DNA from: Carboxylicivirga agarovorans
GTDB lineage: Bacteria; Bacteroidota; Bacteroidia; Bacteroidales; Marinilabiliaceae
Assembly (NCBI RefSeq): GCF_050589845.1
Contig: NZ_JBNGPA010000003.1
Span: forward strand, 77,720 to 141,719
DNA length: 64,000 nucleotides
Direction: 5' to 3'
The translations under genes and the position numbers were made by a program. This document shows positions 59,553 to 64,000 of the stretch, in pieces. Position 1 is the first letter of the stretch. Each line of letters starts with the position of its first letter. Below the pieces are notes generated by a model that saw only the letters and a program-made list of their open reading frames with translations, was not told where the DNA came from and searched no databases.

Positions 59553-61313
59553 TTATTTAATTTCTAAATTATAGGGAACACGTGCCTGTATCTGGTAACC
59601 ATTTTTCAGGTTTTCCAGTGTTTGGATATACTTGTATTCCTCTCCCATTAATGACTTACCAATAAACATCCGCGCTTCACCGGTCAGTTCCTTCATAAAC
59701 TGTTCAATCGGATCTTCTGCTTTTGGCAACTCAACAATACCATATTCCTCAAGGCCGGCCGCTTCTTTGGCAAAATCAATCGCTGTATTTAAGCCGCCAA
59801 TCTCATCAACAAGGTCAATATCCAATGCATTGACGCCGCTCCATACTCGTCCCTGACCAATTTTATCGATTGCTTCTTTTGTTGTTTCACGACCGTCTGC
59901 ACAACGACCGATAAATGTATCGTATCCTTTAACAATATAGGCCTGTAGCAGCTCTTTCTCTTCCTTTCTGAAAGGGCGAGTTATACTTGGCATATCGGCA
60001 AACTCGTTGGTTTTTACACCATCAAAGCTCACGCCTATTTTCTTTGTCAGGCCTTCTGCGTTAGGGATCATCCCGAAAATTCCAATTGAACCTGTGAGCG
60101 TTGTCGGGTTGGCAACAATTTTTTCGGCGGCACATGAAATATAGTAACCTCCTGAAGCTGCATAATTACCCATGGACACAATTACAGGCTTTTCCTGTTG
60201 TGCCAGCTCAACTTCACGCCAGATAATTTCTGAACCTAATGCCGAACCGCCAGGTGAATTAACCCTGAAAACAATGGCTTTAATTGAGCTGTCACGACGA
60301 GCTTTACGGATCGTTTTTGATAACTTATCTGATTTGATACCATCAGAAGAAGTTCCGTCAATATCACCTTCAGCATAAATAACTGCAATTTTCTCTTTTA
60401 TAAATACCTTACCGTTTGGCACGTATACTTTAGCATATTTATTGCTTTTAACAGCTTCAAGGTCATCATCTTCATCAACTCCAATAAGCTCTTTTAATTC
60501 GCTAATCACCTCATCTTTATACTTCAAGCCATCAATTAATCCCGATTCAACCAGCGAGTTATCTGTACGAAACATGGGCATTTCATCAGCCAGCTCAGAC
60601 ACCTTCTCGGGAGTTAATCCGCGTGCTTCCGCAATTCCGCCTTTTACATGGTCCCACATTGAATTAAGATAAACTTCTGTTTGAAGGCGGGCTGGTTCAC
60701 TCATTTTCTCCAACAAGAAAGGTTCAACGGCAGATTTGAATTTACCATGTTTAAAAACCTGTATCTCAACGCCAACTTTTTCCAGGGCTTTTTTGAAGAA
60801 GGTACGCTCCGCATACATTCCTTTAAGCTCCAGCATGCCCGATGGGTTCAAATAAACTTTATCAGCAACAGAAGACAGGTAGTAAGCTTTCTGAGTATAT
60901 ACAGGGGCAAAACTATAGATGAATTTGCCTGATGACTTAAAATCGATCAAGGCATTGCGTATTTCTTCAAGAGTAGCGTAGCCAGCTTGTACCATGCCTG
61001 ATTCGAGCACAATACCTGTTATATTTTCATCACGTTTAGCTTTCTCGATATTCTTTAATAATCGGTTCAGACCTTCAGGCGAGGGCTCTCCGGTTAAAGA
61101 AGATAAAGCATCAGCAAAAGGATCTTCAGTAACACGATCAACGATTGGTCCGTTTAAATCCAATAAAAGGATGGTGTTTTCACTAATTTTTGTTTCTTTA
61201 TCGCCCAAAGAGGCCATAGCTGAAAACATACCAATAAGTAATATTAACAGCACAAATGCTGCTACTATGCCTCCGGCAAATGTAGCTAACAGGTATTTAA
61301 AAAATTTCACCAT
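59553..61313 (-). CDS. sppA: signal peptide peptidase SppA (67K type, two S49 domains)
   Basis: N-terminal TM anchor and duplicated S49 peptidase domains (…VSMGNYAASGGYYIS…). Confidence 0.9.
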   Translation of the reverse strand: MVKFFKYLLATFAGGIVAAFVLLILLIGMFSAMASLGDKETKISENTILLLDLNGPIVDRVTEDPFADALSSLTGEPSPEGLNRLLKNIEKAKRDENITGIVLESGMVQAGYATLEEIRNALIDFKSSGKFIYSFAPVYTQKAYYLSSVADKVYLNPSGMLELKGMYAERTFFKKALEKVGVEIQVFKHGKFKSAVEPFLLEKMSEPARLQTEVYLNSMWDHVKGGIAEARGLTPEKVSELADEMPMFRTDNSLVESGLIDGLKYKDEVISELKELIGVDEDDDLEAVKSNKYAKVYVPNGKVFIKEKIAVIYAEGDIDGTSSDGIKSDKLSKTIRKARRDSSIKAIVFRVNSPGGSALGSEIIWREVELAQQEKPVIVSMGNYAASGGYYISCAAEKIVANPTTLTGSIGIFGMIPNAEGLTKKIGVSFDGVKTNEFADMPSITRPFRKEEKELLQAYIVKGYDTFIGRCADGRETTKEAIDKIGQGRVWSGVNALDIDLVDEIGGLNTAIDFAKEAAGLEEYGIVELPKAEDPIEQFMKELTGEARMFIGKSLMGEEYKYIQTLENLKNGYQIQARVPYNLEIK

Positions 61314-61463
61314 AATGATAGAATTGAGTTTAGTGTTGTTGAGTCGTTCAACATCGTTTAAACAAAAGTATTAAAAAAACACTTACAATTATATCTTAAA
61401 TATTCGTTACAAATATAGTGAACCATTTGGTCGGTTTTCATTTCTAAAACGTTAAATTTTAAC

Positions 61464-61955
61464 ATGAACACGCAAATTTTATTGTTAGGTGGTAATCAAG
61501 GTGATGTAATTGGCTCTTTAAAAAAGAGCATCGGATTATTGTCAGAGCGTCTTGGACAGCCGATTCTTGTGTCAGAATATTATGAAAGTGAAGCCTGGGG
61601 ATTTGAGGCAGAACAAAACTTCATCAACCAGGTTGTGGAATTTAATTCTGTTCTGGATCCTGCCGAACTGCTCGACTTTACACAGAAAATAGAAAAAGAA
61701 CTGGGGCGAAATAAAAAAACCGGAACCCATTATGAGTCCCGGCCTATTGATATTGATATTTTGTTTTTCAATGATAAACAAATTGAATTACCACGTTTAA
61801 CCATACCTCATCCAAAATTACATGAGCGTCGTTTTACGCTTCTTCCTCTTTTGGATCATTGGGCCGACTTTGTACATCCTGTTTTTCAGAAAAACATTCT
61901 TCAGTTAGAAGAAAGTTGTCAAGATGCCGGTATGGTGAAAAAATTATCTGTTTAG
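61464..61955 (+). CDS. folK: 2-amino-4-hydroxy-6-hydroxymethyldihydropteridine diphosphokinase (HPPK)
   Basis: ILLLGGNQGD ... RPIDIDILFF ... PHPKLHERRFTLLPL are canonical HPPK motifs. Confidence 0.9.
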   Translation: MNTQILLLGGNQGDVIGSLKKSIGLLSERLGQPILVSEYYESEAWGFEAEQNFINQVVEFNSVLDPAELLDFTQKIEKELGRNKKTGTHYESRPIDIDILFFNDKQIELPRLTIPHPKLHERRFTLLPLLDHWADFVHPVFQKNILQLEESCQDAGMVKKLSV

Positions 61956-62605
61956 ATCTTGCTTCCGTAAGCCAGATCTCCGGCATCACCAATACCAGGA
62001 ATAATATATGATTTGGAGTTTAATTCTGCATCAACAGCACCCAACCATAAAGTAACAGGTTCGTCTTTAAATATATTTTGAACATACTGTACTCCTGCCT
62101 CACTTGCGATCAATGACGTAATGTGCACATGCTTTGGTTTTCCCTTTACCAAAAGTGCCTTATATGCCAATTCAATGGATGTACCTGTTGCCAGCATCGG
62201 ATCACTTAAGATCACTATTTTATCATCTAAGGATGGCGATGATATATACTCAATATGAATGTCAAAATCACCTTTCTCATTATACTTGCGATAAGCTGAA
62301 ACAAATGCATTTTCAGCCCTGTCGAAATAGTTTAATAAGCCCTGGTGCATGGGTAAACCAGCTCTTAAAATTGAAGCAATTACCGGTTCTTCACTCATCA
62401 CATTCTCCTGCGCCACACCTAATGGTGTTGTTACATCCTTTACTTCATGAGGCAACACTTTGCTTATTTCATAGGCCATGATCTCGCCCATACGCTCAAT
62501 ATTACGACGAAAGCGCATTGGATCAGTCTGAATGGAAGTGTCACGAATCTCTGCAATAAAGCGATTAAAAATGCTTTGTTGTTGATTGAAAATTGTTGTT
62601 TGCAT
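61952..62605 (-). CDS. upp: uracil phosphoribosyltransferase
   Basis: PRT motif KIVILSDPMLATGTS and the UPRTase C-terminus YIIPGIGDAGD. Confidence 0.9.
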   Translation of the reverse strand: MQTTIFNQQQSIFNRFIAEIRDTSIQTDPMRFRRNIERMGEIMAYEISKVLPHEVKDVTTPLGVAQENVMSEEPVIASILRAGLPMHQGLLNYFDRAENAFVSAYRKYNEKGDFDIHIEYISSPSLDDKIVILSDPMLATGTSIELAYKALLVKGKPKHVHITSLIASEAGVQYVQNIFKDEPVTLWLGAVDAELNSKSYIIPGIGDAGDLAYGSKI

Positions 62606-62655
62606 TTGGAAATTTTGATTGCAAAGTAAATAAAAATTGAGCAGAGTATATGGTG

Positions 62656-63777
62656 TTATTCAACATCATTCTTCTTAAAATCGTTAAGAGAATCAATAAT
62701 GTAATCAACTTCATCTTCTCTCAGGCACTGATGCAGCGGAACACTCAATATCGTATTGTGTATCTTTTCTGTCACCGGCAAACTTAATTCACCCAACTCC
62801 TTATATGCATTTTGTTTATGCGGTGGAATCGGGTAATGAATCATAGAACCAATAGTTTTAACAGATAAATAGTGCCTTAATTCATCGCGATAATTTGTAC
62901 GGATAACATATAGATGCCAAGCGTGCTGTTTTACGTCATTGGGCCATTGTGGCAAAGTCAACACAGGATTCTCAATTTCCATACAATAACGCTTAGCTAT
63001 TGACCTTCTCCTTTCTGTGATTGCTTCAAGTTCATCGAGTTTAACATTAAGAAAGGCCGCCTGAATTTCATCTAAGCGCGAATTACATCCTTTAAAGTCA
63101 TTAATATATTTCTCTGATGAGCCATAATTGGCAAGCGCCCTTACCATATCTGCCAATTGAACATTATTTGTGGTCACCGCTCCGGCATCACCAAGAGCCC
63201 CAATATTCTTACCCGGATAAAAACTAAAGGCAGCTGCATCAGATAAATTACCTGTTTTCTTACCATTGAGTTCTGCACCAATAGCTTGAGCATTATCCTC
63301 AATCAGGAGCAATTCATTGCTTCTGGCAATTTCGTAAATTGGCTGCATGTTACAAACAAAACCATATAAGTGAACAACCAGAACAGCTTTTGTTCTTGAA
63401 GTGATTTTAGATCTTATCTGATCTGGATCAATATTATAGGTGCTTATTAGTGGTTCTGCCAATACCGGTTTTAAGCCATTATCACTAATTGCCAATATCG
63501 ATGCAATATATGTATTGGCAGGAACAATAACTTCATCACCCTCTTTTAACAATCCCAGCTCAATGTAGCCCTTAAAGATTAAACGTAAAGCATCCAGACC
63601 ATTACCTGTGCCAACTACATGCCGACAACCTGTTTCTTTTGAAAGTTTCTCCTCAAACAAGGCATTTTCCTTTCCCTGTAAATACCAACCCGAATTCAGA
63701 ACGCACTTTACTGCTTCTTCCAATTGATCCTGATAGGGTGAATTAATTTGTTTGAGATTAAGAAATGGTATTTTCAT
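62656..63777 (-). CDS. DegT/DnrJ/EryC1/StrS family sugar aminotransferase (FdtB/WecE-like)
   Basis: Start adjusted to the ATG at 63777 ([23 protein letters not shown]...). Active-site Lys region in [17 protein letters not shown]. Confidence 0.85.
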   Translation of the reverse strand: MKIPFLNLKQINSPYQDQLEEAVKCVLNSGWYLQGKENALFEEKLSKETGCRHVVGTGNGLDALRLIFKGYIELGLLKEGDEVIVPANTYIASILAISDNGLKPVLAEPLISTYNIDPDQIRSKITSRTKAVLVVHLYGFVCNMQPIYEIARSNELLLIEDNAQAIGAELNGKKTGNLSDAAAFSFYPGKNIGALGDAGAVTTNNVQLADMVRALANYGSSEKYINDFKGCNSRLDEIQAAFLNVKLDELEAITERRRSIAKRYCMEIENPVLTLPQWPNDVKQHAWHLYVIRTNYRDELRHYLSVKTIGSMIHYPIPPHKQNAYKELGELSLPVTEKIHNTILSVPLHQCLREDEVDYIIDSLNDFKKNDVE

Positions 63778-63838
63778 ATACAATAATAACGCAATTAAAC
63801 AGTTTAAATTAGCGAAATGATCTAGAATTATAATCAAT

Positions 63839-64000
63839 GTCAGAGCTAAAAGATTATTATCAATTGATTACATTGCCGAAGATAACTGATTCCAGGGGAA
63901 ACCTAACGTTTATTGAAGGCAATGAACATGTTCCCTTTGAAATTAAAAGGGTTTATTATACTTATGACATACCAAGCGGAGCAGAAAGAGGCGGACATGC
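63839..64000 (+). CDS. WxcM/FdtA-like sugar 3,4-ketoisomerase (cupin), N-terminal 54 aa; runs off window end
   Basis: Manual translation [54 protein letters not shown] matches the FdtA/WxcM N-terminal pattern. Divergent from the aminotransferase gene. Confidence 0.6.

Overview
This is a low-GC window from a Bacteroidota-type genome. All gene calls come from reading the six-frame translations; no database search was run. Positions 1-4613 hold a LacI-regulated sodium:solute symporter and FAD-oxidoreductase pair. About 7.1-39.2 kb is an accessory-looking stretch: hypothetical secreted or membrane proteins, a 1307-aa multi-PAS histidine kinase, an AraC regulator, a SUFU-like (immunity-type) protein, DUF2007 proteins, two VIT+vWA proteins, and a PLD-nuclease/HTH pair. 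From 39.3 kb onward come housekeeping and envelope genes (Wzi, Wbp-like sugar-modification enzymes, PBP1A, ManC, MlaEF, S41 peptidase, two PNPs, RibE, OsmC, LpxK, SppA, FolK, Upp, a divergent FdtB/FdtA-like pair). The strongest candidate for an undescribed system is the co-directional block at 28990-39137. It extends a PspA + NfeD-like + flotillin membrane-stress module (the B. subtilis pspA-ydjGHI / E. coli yqiJK theme) with a 1632-aa MoxR-type AAA+ protein, a TerB-like protein and a tandem TFIIB-type zinc-ribbon protein. A paralog of that zinc-ribbon gene lies at 8935, so the two copies bracket the accessory stretch. A VIT-vWA-DUF2135 (YfaP-like) protein and a single-HKD PLD nuclease with an XRE/S24-like regulator sit immediately upstream of the block. 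No transposase, integrase, tRNA, rRNA or CRISPR array was found. Two CDS run off the window edges and are absent from the ORF track.
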